Below, piece after piece: positions 17,160 through 26,080 of a stretch of 36,462 bases of DNA (positions are counted from its first letter, which is position 1; each line of letters opens with the position of its first letter). The notes beneath the pieces were generated by a model that had not been told where the DNA came from, did no database searches, and worked only from the letters and a program-made list of their open reading frames with translations. The translations under genes were made by a program, and so were the position numbers. This DNA is from Verrucomicrobiota bacterium (GTDB lineage Bacteria; Verrucomicrobiota; Verrucomicrobiia; Verrucomicrobiales; DEV007): assembly GCA_045046875.1 (NCBI GenBank), contig JASFYY010000137.1, positions 1 through 36,462 of the forward strand, in the 5' to 3' direction.

Positions 17160-17447
17160 ATGACTTACGAAGATATATTACAAGGATCGAGAGCCGGTAA
17201 GGGCTCATCACAGTTGAACCACGGGGGTGTCACCGTTGATCAAATTGGTCAAAAGGATCGCCTTGCAGTGAGGGTGGATGCGGCAAATCCGGATCACCAC
17301 TTATGGAATAACCGAGGCACCTGGTGGTGTCACTTCACTTTACACAAGGCGGACTATACCGCGCAGCGGGTGCGGGTGTCGCTCAAGACACGGGATCAAT
17401 CTGAGGCGCGGGTGCGCCGGGATGAAGTCTTGGCAGCGATCGCTTGA
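17160..17447 (+). CDS. Small hypothetical protein, putative stand-alone arm-type (integrase N-terminal / DUF6538-like) DNA-binding domain; SAM-riboswitch regulated
   Basis: 95 aa: NPDHHLWNNRGTWWCHFT...RVRVSLKTRDQSEARVRRD. The HL-x(4)-G-T-W...R-x-R-x-SL-x-T-x-D-x(3)-A-R pattern recalls three-strand-plus-helix arm-binding domains. It is the first ORF after the riboswitch terminator. Confidence 0.75.
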   Translation: MTYEDILQGSRAGKGSSQLNHGGVTVDQIGQKDRLAVRVDAANPDHHLWNNRGTWWCHFTLHKADYTAQRVRVSLKTRDQSEARVRRDEVLAAIA

Positions 17448-17478
17448 TTGGTAGGAAATAAAAAGCCGGAGAGGAAAA

Positions 17479-17625
17479 ATGAATACGGAAACGCGTAAAT
17501 CCAAATCCACAAGTAAAGTGATCGGGGGGCAGGTTTTTTGGAAAAGGGGGAAACCACCTCTGCCGAGTAATTTCAAGCAATGGCCCTTGCCGATGCGTTT
17601 GCGATTTTTGACTCAGCAAGGGTAA
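17479..17625 (+). CDS. Unannotated 48-aa basic small protein, probably co-transcribed with the 17160 gene
   Basis: Too short for the ORF track. Hand translation gives MNTETRKSKSTSKVIGGQVFWKRGKPPLPSNFKQWPLPMRLRFLTQQG*. Shine-Dalgarno-like GGAGAGG at 17468-17474. It starts 31 bp after the upstream stop and fills the gap up to the convergent ppk2 stop. Confidence 0.55.
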   Translation: MNTETRKSKSTSKVIGGQVFWKRGKPPLPSNFKQWPLPMRLRFLTQQG

Positions 17626-17633
17626 TGGCTGTT

Positions 17634-18719
17634 TCAGGTTAGATTCAAAGGGTGGTTTTTTTTGTCGTAAACAGAGGAAGCCTGACCGACGATCAAGGGG
17701 TCGGGAGTGCCTAGGAAATCGGGATTTTTGTCTGGATAGTCGAGATTATGCAGGAAGTGACGCATGCACTCGATGCGGGCGCGTTTTTTGTCATCGGATT
17801 TGATCACTGTCCAAGGGGCATCAGCGGTATCGGTGTAGAAAAACATCGATTCTTTGGCGCGGGTGTAATCGTCCCAGCGGTTTAACGATTCCATATCGAT
17901 CGGGCTGAGCTTCCATTGTTTGAGAGGATCTGTCTTGCGGGCGTGGAAGCGCCTCAGTTGTTCTAGGCGACTGACTGAAAACCAATACTTGTTAAGGGTG
18001 ATGCCGGCGTTGGTGAGCATGCGTTCCAGCAAGGGGCATTGGCGCAGGAAGTCAAGATACTCCACTGAGTTGCAGAATCCCATGACCCGTTCGACGCCGG
18101 TGCGGTTATACCAGGAGCGGTCAAAAAAGACCATTTCTCCGTTGGTGGGCAGGTGTTGTATGTAACGTTGAAAATACCACTGGCCGCGTTCTTTGTCGGT
18201 GGGTTTTTCCAAAGCGACCACATGGGCGGAGCGGGGATTAAGGTGCTCCATGAAACGTTTGATCGCCCCGCCTTTGCCGGCTGCATCGCGGCCTTCAAAA
18301 ATGGTCACAATTTTTTCAGCCCCTTCACTGACCCAGCGCTGTACCTTTAATAGTTCAGCTTGCAAGCGCAGTTTTTGCTGCTCGTATTCTTTGTTACTGA
18401 GTTTTTTCTGATAGGGGTAGATGCCCTTTTCGTAATTGACTTCCAGGGTGACTTCATTGGTCAGTCCTTTGGTGATCCGTTTGGAGTCGATTAGTTCCGA
18501 TAGGTCGGCAAATTCGGTTTCCAAGGCTTTTTCGTTTTTCTCTGGATCTGAAAAATCGGGTGCAGTGTGTTGATAGGGATCATCCAGATCGACATCGGAC
18601 ATTTCAGGAGTATGGCCGCCTTCCTGTTTGGCGTCGTTTGCATCTTCTGTCGGAGTCGATGCGCTTACGGAAGCTTTCTCTGAATCCGATTTTCGGGCCT
18701 TTTTTTTGGAGATGCTCAT
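17634..18719 (-). CDS. ppk2: Polyphosphate kinase 2
   Basis: Walker A FEGRDAAGKGG plus QWYFQRY, FFDRSWYNR, WKLSPID and APWTVIKSDDKKRAR. Start set at ATG 18719; it carries an acidic, low-complexity N-terminal extension. Confidence 0.92.
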   Translation of the reverse strand: MSISKKKARKSDSEKASVSASTPTEDANDAKQEGGHTPEMSDVDLDDPYQHTAPDFSDPEKNEKALETEFADLSELIDSKRITKGLTNEVTLEVNYEKGIYPYQKKLSNKEYEQQKLRLQAELLKVQRWVSEGAEKIVTIFEGRDAAGKGGAIKRFMEHLNPRSAHVVALEKPTDKERGQWYFQRYIQHLPTNGEMVFFDRSWYNRTGVERVMGFCNSVEYLDFLRQCPLLERMLTNAGITLNKYWFSVSRLEQLRRFHARKTDPLKQWKLSPIDMESLNRWDDYTRAKESMFFYTDTADAPWTVIKSDDKKRARIECMRHFLHNLDYPDKNPDFLGTPDPLIVGQASSVYDKKNHPLNLT

Positions 18720-18797
18720 AGGTGTGCCAGAGTTTACGTTTCTCGCTGACGAAAGGAAACTCAAATCCAAGTAAAAACTAAAAATGCTTTGGGCAGT

Positions 18798-19880
18798 CTA
18801 TAAACGAACCCAGTCTTTGAGTTGTGGGTGCTCAAAAATCATCGTTTCCTGGATCGTGAGATCCATGCCTGCCTGGGATTCCATAGCTCGTTGGAACATC
18901 GCATGGGCGATTCCGACATCAACGTAAGCCAACCCCACGGCGTTGAAGTAGGTGCGTTCGTCATCGGACTCGCGTCCGGGCTTTTCGCCGGTGACTAGAT
19001 CGACTAGATTACCATGGATGTCGTCGTCGCCGAGTTCCCCGTCTTTATACATTCGCGACAGGGTCTGGGTGCGGTGTTTGACGGTGTCCCAATCGTCACA
19101 GACGATCTTGTCGCATTGAGCGGCTACCGCGTATTCATCCTCCCAGCCTCCGATGTGGGAATAAAAGCAGCCTTTTTTCATCCACTCGGCCTTGAGCAAG
19201 GGAGCCTGGGCACTGGTGGCGGTGACAATGACGTCGGCTCCGTCGGTGGCTTTTTGTAGGTTGGTATCGGCAGCCACAAACTTTAAGTCGGGCAAAACGA
19301 GCGACATTTCCTTGATGAATTGAGCTTCTTCATCAGGAGTTTTTGCTCCGATCCGGCATTCTTCGAGTGAGGGCAGCACGGTTTTCATCGCGATCAGGTG
19401 CATCTTCGCCTGTTCGCCGGATCCAATGAAGCCGATTGATTTGGAATCGGGCCGGGCGAGGTGTTTGGCGGCGAGTGCTCCCATAGCTCCTACGCGGATA
19501 TTGGAGCACAGGGTACCTTCCATAAAGGCAATGGGGAATCCGCGTTCTATTTCGGAAAGAATGATGACAGCGGATAAATTTTGCAGACCATGCAATACGG
19601 GGTTCGGTGGAAAAACCGACACCCATTTGACTCCACATATTTTTTCTTTGATGAAGGTGGCGGGTAGGCAATTGATCCTTTCCTGGGTGTCTTCGTTGAA
19701 AATCTGGACAATTTTTTCAGGGAAAAGCACATCGTTGTTTTTGTAGGCGGTCAGAGAATTCTCTGCGGCTTTGATCGCTAGTTTCAGGTCTAAACAGCCG
19801 GCTTGTAGCAGGTCTTCCTGGGAGAGATAGCGGCAAGCGATGCGATGGGTGGGATGCGAGTCGAGTGGATTAGCTTTCAT
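18798..19880 (-). CDS. Ornithine cyclodeaminase / mu-crystallin family protein
   Basis: Motifs RINCLPA, GVKWVSVFPPN, GFIGSGEQA (Rossmann), ADVIVTATS, GRESDDE and AVGLAYVDV. Confidence 0.85.
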   Translation of the reverse strand: MKANPLDSHPTHRIACRYLSQEDLLQAGCLDLKLAIKAAENSLTAYKNNDVLFPEKIVQIFNEDTQERINCLPATFIKEKICGVKWVSVFPPNPVLHGLQNLSAVIILSEIERGFPIAFMEGTLCSNIRVGAMGALAAKHLARPDSKSIGFIGSGEQAKMHLIAMKTVLPSLEECRIGAKTPDEEAQFIKEMSLVLPDLKFVAADTNLQKATDGADVIVTATSAQAPLLKAEWMKKGCFYSHIGGWEDEYAVAAQCDKIVCDDWDTVKHRTQTLSRMYKDGELGDDDIHGNLVDLVTGEKPGRESDDERTYFNAVGLAYVDVGIAHAMFQRAMESQAGMDLTIQETMIFEHPQLKDWVRL

Positions 19881-20069
19881 ATCACCACTCTACGGGGAGG
19901 GTGATTTTTTGCTGTGCGTGTGTTGCGCTAGTCTGAGCGAATATTGCAGTGTGGATTTTATTATGTTTGCTTGCGGGGGAGTTAGAATAAATTGCTGCCA
20001 GCAGAGTTGCCGAATGGATTTTTTGGTGGGAAGGTGAGGCTTTCTACAACCACATTAATTTACCCTATT

Positions 20070-21095
20070 ATGGCAACCTGGCATTACGCAGATAAGAATA
20101 AAGAGCAGCACCAAATTGAGGAATCTGAATTAGAGGCCGCGGTGAAACAGGGACAGATTACTGCCGCAACCCCGGTTTGGAAGACTGGCATGGGCGGGTG
20201 GAAACCGGCCAAAGAGGTGCTGGGTTATTTGTTTGCTCAAGCAGGTGCCGGTTCGGCTGAAAACGCTCCTCCTCCTTTGGCTGAGATGGGTGGCGGTGGG
20301 CTGATGAAGGCGCACGTGGTTGACTTTGAAATCTTTGGTGATGACATGCAAATTGTGGAAGTGGAGCTTGATCCTGGTGAAACGGTGATCGCTGAAGCCG
20401 GGGCGATGAATTACATCGAAGAGGATATTGTTTTTGAGGCCAAGATGGGAGATGGAGCCAAGCCGACCGACGGCGTGATGGGCACTTTGTTGGCGGTAGG
20501 CAAACGGGCTTTGACGGGCGAGTCGATTTTCTTGACTCATTTCACCCATGGCGGAGCGGATGGCAAGAGGCGGGTAGCTTTTGCGGCGCCTTATCCTGGT
20601 AAAATTATCGCCTTGGATCTGGATGATACCGGTGGTGAGATCACTTGTCAGAAAGACGCTTTTCTCTGTGCGGCCAAAGGTACCGAAGTGTCGATTGCTT
20701 TTAATAAACGCCTTGGAACGGGGTTTTTTGGCGGAGAAGGTTTTATTCTCCAGCGTTTGCGAGGTGATGGCATGGCTTTCATCCACGCGGGTGGTACCGT
20801 GATAGAGAGGGAGTTGAAAGGGGAGACCTTGCGGGTGGACACCGGTTGCCTGGTGGCTTTTTCACCTAGCATCAAATATGACATTCAGCGGGCGGGTAAT
20901 ATGAAGTCGATGTTTTTCGGCGGAGAAGGGTTGTTTCTGGCGACCTTGAGCGGGCATGGCAAGGTGTGGCTGCAAAGCCTGCCTTTTTCCCGCATGGCGG
21001 ATCGCATTCTTGCTCACGCACCTTCGGCAGGAGGGAAATCCAAGGGCGAAGGCAGTGTGCTTGGCGGCTTGGGTAGGTTGCTGGACGGGGATTGA
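20070..21095 (+). CDS. TIGR00266/AIM24 family protein with N-terminal GYF_2 (DUF4339)-like domain
   Basis: From ATG 20070: WHYA...[20 protein letters not shown] (GYF_2) and a PPP linker. Then [43 protein letters not shown] and [10 protein letters not shown] (AIM24). Confidence 0.85.
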   Translation: MATWHYADKNKEQHQIEESELEAAVKQGQITAATPVWKTGMGGWKPAKEVLGYLFAQAGAGSAENAPPPLAEMGGGGLMKAHVVDFEIFGDDMQIVEVELDPGETVIAEAGAMNYIEEDIVFEAKMGDGAKPTDGVMGTLLAVGKRALTGESIFLTHFTHGGADGKRRVAFAAPYPGKIIALDLDDTGGEITCQKDAFLCAAKGTEVSIAFNKRLGTGFFGGEGFILQRLRGDGMAFIHAGGTVIERELKGETLRVDTGCLVAFSPSIKYDIQRAGNMKSMFFGGEGLFLATLSGHGKVWLQSLPFSRMADRILAHAPSAGGKSKGEGSVLGGLGRLLDGD

Positions 21096-21172
21096 GTTGT
21101 GGGGGCTCTCTTTAATTTAGGGCAACGTGAATGGTAACTGCGAATATGGGCAAACATTTTGCTTGCTTCAAC

Positions 21173-22081
21173 TTATTTTTTCATCAGTTGTCGAATTTGA
21201 TTTAAGCCTTTTTCGCCGGTGTGAACGGCACCGTTGTAGGTGCCGTTTTTTTCTCCTTTTTCAGCCAAGAGGATGAACTCGAAGGCGTTGGGATTGGTGC
21301 TGAGTTGATAGTTGATAATGTCGTCGGCAGTGAGCACCCAGTGGGCGCGCTGTTTGGTCAGGGTGAAGTTGAAGTCTCCGTTTTTTTCCAAGGTGCGGTA
21401 GATCAGCTCGGTGCAACAGTTGCGGGAGGCGTCCGAGAAGTCATAACGAAAATCATAAGGGGTATCCACATAGAGCAAGGTGTCGCTCAGTTGTTTGCGG
21501 GTTTGCTCGGGGGTGAAGACGGGGCGCAGCACGGCAAGCCGGTTGATGTGGGTTTGTAGCAGTTTTTTCAATGAATAGAGACGCACGCCTTCGGCGACGG
21601 CTTCGATGATATCCGCTTCTTCTCCGGAAGAGATGTGTTGGGTGTTAGCGTCGCGAAGCAGCTTTTGGGTTTGCCGGGGTTTTGCTACCTGTTGGCGAAG
21701 GTAGTCATCATTAAGGCCGATGCCCTGCCGGTCTTTGATGTTGCCGATGTAGGTGATGCCATGCTTGAATTTTCCAGGCAGGAATACGCTGCTCATATAA
21801 CCTTCGGTGAAACTGAGCAGCACATCGCCGGGTTGCAGCAGTGATTTGATTTGTTGGATTTGTCCGGGCGAGAAACGCACAATGGACTTGGTCGGATTTT
21901 TGATGCGAGCCACTCCCCTGTAGAGTTTGCCTTGGGCGGAGTAGAGCTGTTCGTCGATTTTGCGCTTGAGTTTGTTATGGGTGGCAGCAGCAGGGGGTGT
22001 TTGGTTATGATGCTCCACCGCTTGTTGACTGGAGCAGGCAGTCAGCAGGCATAAGTAAAGGATGACGAGGTGGAATTTCAT
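21173..22081 (-). CDS. YiiX/YebB-like permuted papain-like (NlpC/P60) amidase, lipoprotein
   Basis: Lipobox LTAC plus LQPGDVLL, KHGITYIG (His), IIEAVAEGV and PYDF...CCTELIY (C-terminal Cys, permuted order). Confidence 0.8.
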   Translation of the reverse strand: MKFHLVILYLCLLTACSSQQAVEHHNQTPPAAATHNKLKRKIDEQLYSAQGKLYRGVARIKNPTKSIVRFSPGQIQQIKSLLQPGDVLLSFTEGYMSSVFLPGKFKHGITYIGNIKDRQGIGLNDDYLRQQVAKPRQTQKLLRDANTQHISSGEEADIIEAVAEGVRLYSLKKLLQTHINRLAVLRPVFTPEQTRKQLSDTLLYVDTPYDFRYDFSDASRNCCTELIYRTLEKNGDFNFTLTKQRAHWVLTADDIINYQLSTNPNAFEFILLAEKGEKNGTYNGAVHTGEKGLNQIRQLMKK

Positions 22082-22282
22082 TGCCGGATTAAGTGGTATT
22101 AGGCGTTAAATCTGTTATTTAAGCATATTTTGAATGGGAAGCGAGGCAGCTGGAGATAATCTGCTTGTTTCTTGTTATTTTTGTGGCATGGGTCTGCGCT
22201 CGGAAAGTTCCCGAGTCAGTGGGGATTGGGTCAGAAGACCAGCGAAGTGAGTGTTTTATTGCCCGGAGGGCTATTTAGGAGG

Positions 22283-24124
22283 ATGAAGAATCAAAGTGCA
22301 AAAATCAGGAATGTGGCCATTATTGCCCACGTGGATCACGGTAAAACCACGTTGGTGGACGAATTGTTGAAGGCGGGTGGTGCTTATCACGAAAATCAGG
22401 ACGTGTCGGAGCGGGCGATGGACTCGATGGATTTGGAGCGTGAAAAGGGGATCACGATCAAGGCCAAAAACACGGCGGTGCATTGGGGGGATCATATTAT
22501 CAATATCGTTGATACTCCGGGTCACGCAGATTTTGGTGGTGAGGTGGAACGGGTGATGAAGATGGTGGACGGGGTGTTGCTGGTGGTGGATGCTTATGAG
22601 GGGCCGCAGGCGCAGACGCGTTTTGTGTTGCGCAAAGCTTTGGCCGAGGGTTTGTGCCCAGTGGTGGTGATCAATAAGATCGATCGGGATCATGCGGATC
22701 CGATGGCGGTGAAGGAAAAAGTTTTGGAGTTGTTCCTGGATCTCGAAGCGAGTGATGAGCAGTTCGAGGCGGCGTTCATGTATGGCAGTGCGCGGGATGG
22801 CTATTTCATGGACAGTCCTGATGGGGATCAGAGTGCTGGGGTATTGCCGTTGTTGCAGACGATCATCGATGAGGTTCCTATTCCTGAGGTGGAAGAGGGG
22901 GATTTCCGTATGTTGGTCAGTAATATCGATTGGGACAATTATGTCGGTCGTGTGGCGGTGGGGCGTATTCTAAGCGGTGAGGTGAAGAAGGGTGACAAGA
23001 TCTTTGTGCATCGTCGCTCGGGAGCCAAGGAACGCGCTACGGTGACAAAAATCTTTGAATACAGTGGGCTGGGAGTGAGTGAATCGAAATCGGGCGGTGC
23101 TGGTAATATCGTCGGTATTTCTGGTTTTGAAGATGTTGATATTGGCGAGACTTTGTCAGCTTCTGAGGAAGCTGAGGCTTTGCCTTTTGTCGATATTGAT
23201 CCGCCGACGGTGCAGATGGAGTTCTCGATCAATGATGGTCCGTTTGCTGGTCAGGATGGTAAAAATGTGACGACTCGTCAAATTCGCGATCGCCTGATGC
23301 ATGAAATGAAGATCAATGTATCGCTTCAGGTGACGGACGGCGATCTCGCTGGGGTGTTCAATGTGAAGGCTCGTGGTGCGATGCAGATTGCGATTTTGGT
23401 TGAACAGATGCGTCGGGAGAATTTCGAGGTGCTGGTATCGCGTCCAACGGTGATTTATAAACGGGATGAGGTTACAGGAAAAAAATTGGAGCCTTTTGAG
23501 CGGATTTTTGTCGAGGTTCCTGAGGAAAATGTCAATTCGGTGATGCGCAGTCTGACTGGAAGGCGTGCACAAATGGAGAGCATGGACACGGTTCATGACC
23601 GCAAGGAGATCGTTGCGATTATTCCGACTAGGGGATTGATTGGTTTTGAGACAGAGTTGATGAATGTGTCAAGTGGTCACGGAGTGATGAGTCATTTGTT
23701 TCATGAGTATGGTCCTCATTGTGGTGATATACCGACTCGCCAGACGGGCACCTTGATATCGACGGATACGGGGGTGGCGACGGCTTACTCTCTCGATGCG
23801 TTGGAGGATCGCGGCAAGTTGTTCATCGATGCAGGTGATACGGTCTATCAGGGGCAGGTGATCGGGGAGAACCCGCGTGCTGACGATCTGCCAGTGAACC
23901 CGACCAAGGAAAAACACCTGACGAACCATCGCTCTAAAGGAGATGGTAAGGGGATTCAGCTGTCTCCAGCGGTGCAATTTTCCCTAGAGCGGGCGATTGA
24001 GTATCTCGCGGCGGATGAGTTGGTGGAGGCTACTCCAAAAAGTTTACGGATGAGAAAACGCATCCTGTGCAATAGCGAGCGCAAGCGTTTGAGTCGTAGC
24101 AGCAAAAAAGCAGCGGCGGTTTAG
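22283..24124 (+). CDS. typA: Translational GTPase TypA/BipA
   Basis: [44 protein letters not shown] and C-terminal [14 protein letters not shown]. Start set at ATG 22283. Confidence 0.96.
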   Translation: MKNQSAKIRNVAIIAHVDHGKTTLVDELLKAGGAYHENQDVSERAMDSMDLEREKGITIKAKNTAVHWGDHIINIVDTPGHADFGGEVERVMKMVDGVLLVVDAYEGPQAQTRFVLRKALAEGLCPVVVINKIDRDHADPMAVKEKVLELFLDLEASDEQFEAAFMYGSARDGYFMDSPDGDQSAGVLPLLQTIIDEVPIPEVEEGDFRMLVSNIDWDNYVGRVAVGRILSGEVKKGDKIFVHRRSGAKERATVTKIFEYSGLGVSESKSGGAGNIVGISGFEDVDIGETLSASEEAEALPFVDIDPPTVQMEFSINDGPFAGQDGKNVTTRQIRDRLMHEMKINVSLQVTDGDLAGVFNVKARGAMQIAILVEQMRRENFEVLVSRPTVIYKRDEVTGKKLEPFERIFVEVPEENVNSVMRSLTGRRAQMESMDTVHDRKEIVAIIPTRGLIGFETELMNVSSGHGVMSHLFHEYGPHCGDIPTRQTGTLISTDTGVATAYSLDALEDRGKLFIDAGDTVYQGQVIGENPRADDLPVNPTKEKHLTNHRSKGDGKGIQLSPAVQFSLERAIEYLAADELVEATPKSLRMRKRILCNSERKRLSRSSKKAAAV

Positions 24125-24135
24125 TGGAGCAATTC

Positions 24136-24164
24136 TTTACTTTATAGGACAGAGCGGCTAGAGT
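24136..24164 (+). promoter_or_regulatory. Putative sigma70 promoter for lepA
   Basis: TTTACT (24136-24141), 17-bp spacer, TAGAGT (24159-24164). A leader hairpin TGACTGGGTA/TATCTGGTCA follows at 24174-24198. Confidence 0.4.
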
Positions 24165-24226
24165 GCCGCGCGTTGACTGGGTAGAAAATATCTGGTCATT
24201 CCATCTAAAAAACTCAAGCAAACACG

Positions 24227-26026
24227 ATGTCTATCGAGCTCACCCGGAATTTCTCGATCATCGCCCATATTGATCACGGCAAGACAACTTTGTCGGATCG
24301 TTTGTTGGAGCACACTTCGACGATTTCGCAGCGTGAGCAGCAGGATCAGTTGCTCGATTCGATGGATCTCGAACGCGAGCGTGGGATCACGATCAAGTCG
24401 CATCCGGTGACGATGCTGTTCCAATCCAAGGATGGGAATGAATACCGCCTGAATTTGTTGGACACTCCGGGGCATGTGGATTTTTCTTACGAGGTGTCGC
24501 GTAGTCTAGCGGCTTGTGAAGGCGCTTTGTTGCTGATCGACGCGGCGCAGGGGGTGGAGGCGCAGACGGTGGCTAACTTGCATTTGGCTACCCAGCAGGA
24601 GCTGAAGGTGATTCCGGTGATTAATAAAATTGATTTGCCCGGGGCGGATCTGCCGATGGCTAAAAAGCAGTTGGAGGACATCATTGCAATTCCGGCTGAG
24701 GAGGCGATCGAGGCCAGTGCCAAGATGGGAATTGGGATCGACGATATCCTCGAAGCGGTGGTGGAACGCATTCCGCCGCCGGAGACGATGGAAGATGGTT
24801 TGTTGCGAGCGACGGTGTTCGACTCGGTTTTTGATACTTATCGCGGGGTGGTTTCTTATGTGCGGGTGGTGTCGGGGCAATTGAAGCGCGGTACCGGCAT
24901 CAAGATGATGAGCACCGGTAAAAATTACGAGGTGAAGGAGGTGGGGATATTCACTCCGAAGCAGGACAAGCGGGATGTGCTTAATGCGGGCGATGTGGGT
25001 TATGTGATCGCGAACATGAAAACCTCAACCGAGGTGAAAATCGGCGATACGATCACTGAGTCCAAACACCCTTGTCCGGAAGCTTTGCCAGGTTTTAAGG
25101 TGGTGCAACCGATGGTGTTCAGCGGTATTTATCCGGTGTCTACGGATGACTTTGAGCAGCTCAAGCTGGCGATGGGCAAGCTGCAGATCAACGATGCGGC
25201 TTTTACTTATCAAGCGGAGAGTTCGGTGGCTTTGGGTTTTGGTTTTCGTTGTGGATTTCTCGGACTGTTGCACATGGAGATTGTTCAGGAGCGGTTGCGC
25301 CGGGAGTATGATATGGATGTGATCTCCACTTACCCGGGGGTGATCTATCAGGTGACTAAAACTAATGGCGAAGAACTGGAGGTGGATAATCCCAGCTTCT
25401 TGCCTGAAGCGCAGGTGATCGAAGAGATTCGCGAACCGATCGTGCGGGTTTTCATCATGGTGCCTAATCAATATATTGGCGAGATGATGAAAATGGTGTT
25501 GGAGCGACGGGGGGAGTTGGAGAATACCGAGACACTGGACGAGGTGAGGGTGATGTTAAGTTGTTTGTTGCCATTGAATGAGATTCTGGTGGATTTTAAC
25601 GACAAGCTGAAGAGCTTGACACGCGGTTATGGTTCGATGGATTACGAACATGCCGGTTACCGTCCGGCGAAGCTGGTGAAGATGGATATGTTGATCAGCG
25701 GTGAGTCGGTGGATGCCTTTTCTTCGATTGTGCATCGTGATAAAGCACAGGCTCGCGGGCGTCATTTAGCGGCCAAGCTGAAAGAGGTGATTCCACGCCA
25801 GATGTTTACGGTGGCGATTCAGGCGACGATTGGCGGCAATATCATTGCGCGTGAGACGATCACGGCGATGCGCAAAAATGTGACGGCCAAATGTTATGGC
25901 GGGGATATTTCGCGTAAGCGCAAACTTTTGGAGAAACAGAAAGCGGGTAAGAAGAAAATGAAAGCGATTGGGAAAGTGAATATTCCGCAGGAAGCTTTCA
26001 TTAAGGTATTGAAAACCAGCGACTAG
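24227..26026 (+). CDS. lepA: Translation elongation factor 4 (LepA)
   Basis: RNFSIIAHIDHGKTTLSDRL, DTPGHVDFSYEVSRSL, GFRCGFLGLLH and KCYGGDISRKRKLLEKQKAGKKKMK. Confidence 0.98.
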   Translation: MSIELTRNFSIIAHIDHGKTTLSDRLLEHTSTISQREQQDQLLDSMDLERERGITIKSHPVTMLFQSKDGNEYRLNLLDTPGHVDFSYEVSRSLAACEGALLLIDAAQGVEAQTVANLHLATQQELKVIPVINKIDLPGADLPMAKKQLEDIIAIPAEEAIEASAKMGIGIDDILEAVVERIPPPETMEDGLLRATVFDSVFDTYRGVVSYVRVVSGQLKRGTGIKMMSTGKNYEVKEVGIFTPKQDKRDVLNAGDVGYVIANMKTSTEVKIGDTITESKHPCPEALPGFKVVQPMVFSGIYPVSTDDFEQLKLAMGKLQINDAAFTYQAESSVALGFGFRCGFLGLLHMEIVQERLRREYDMDVISTYPGVIYQVTKTNGEELEVDNPSFLPEAQVIEEIREPIVRVFIMVPNQYIGEMMKMVLERRGELENTETLDEVRVMLSCLLPLNEILVDFNDKLKSLTRGYGSMDYEHAGYRPAKLVKMDMLISGESVDAFSSIVHRDKAQARGRHLAAKLKEVIPRQMFTVAIQATIGGNIIARETITAMRKNVTAKCYGGDISRKRKLLEKQKAGKKKMKAIGKVNIPQEAFIKVLKTSD

Positions 26027-26080
26027 GGTTTCTATTGCTGGTCTAATGAATAGCAAGGAGTCACAGACCGAAACGCGGAT

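Noticed and set aside
16888..17211. Minus-strand ORFs 16888-17211 and 16895-17161
   Set aside because: They overlap the riboswitch and terminator on the opposite strand. The region is fully explained by RNA structure whose G-U pairs work on the + strand.
17160..17447. Integrase remnant or mobile element
   Set aside because: I saw no catalytic domain fragments, att-like repeats, adjacent tRNA or other mobile genes. The intact riboswitch leader argues for a maintained host gene, although this is not formally excluded.
19992..20069. 5' extensions in the ORF track (also 16314-16352, 18720-18770, 22172-22282, 29646-29891, 31789-31821)
   Set aside because: These are longest-ORF artefacts. Family similarity or signal peptides begin at downstream ATGs, and the 29646-29891 extension overlaps the upstream gene.
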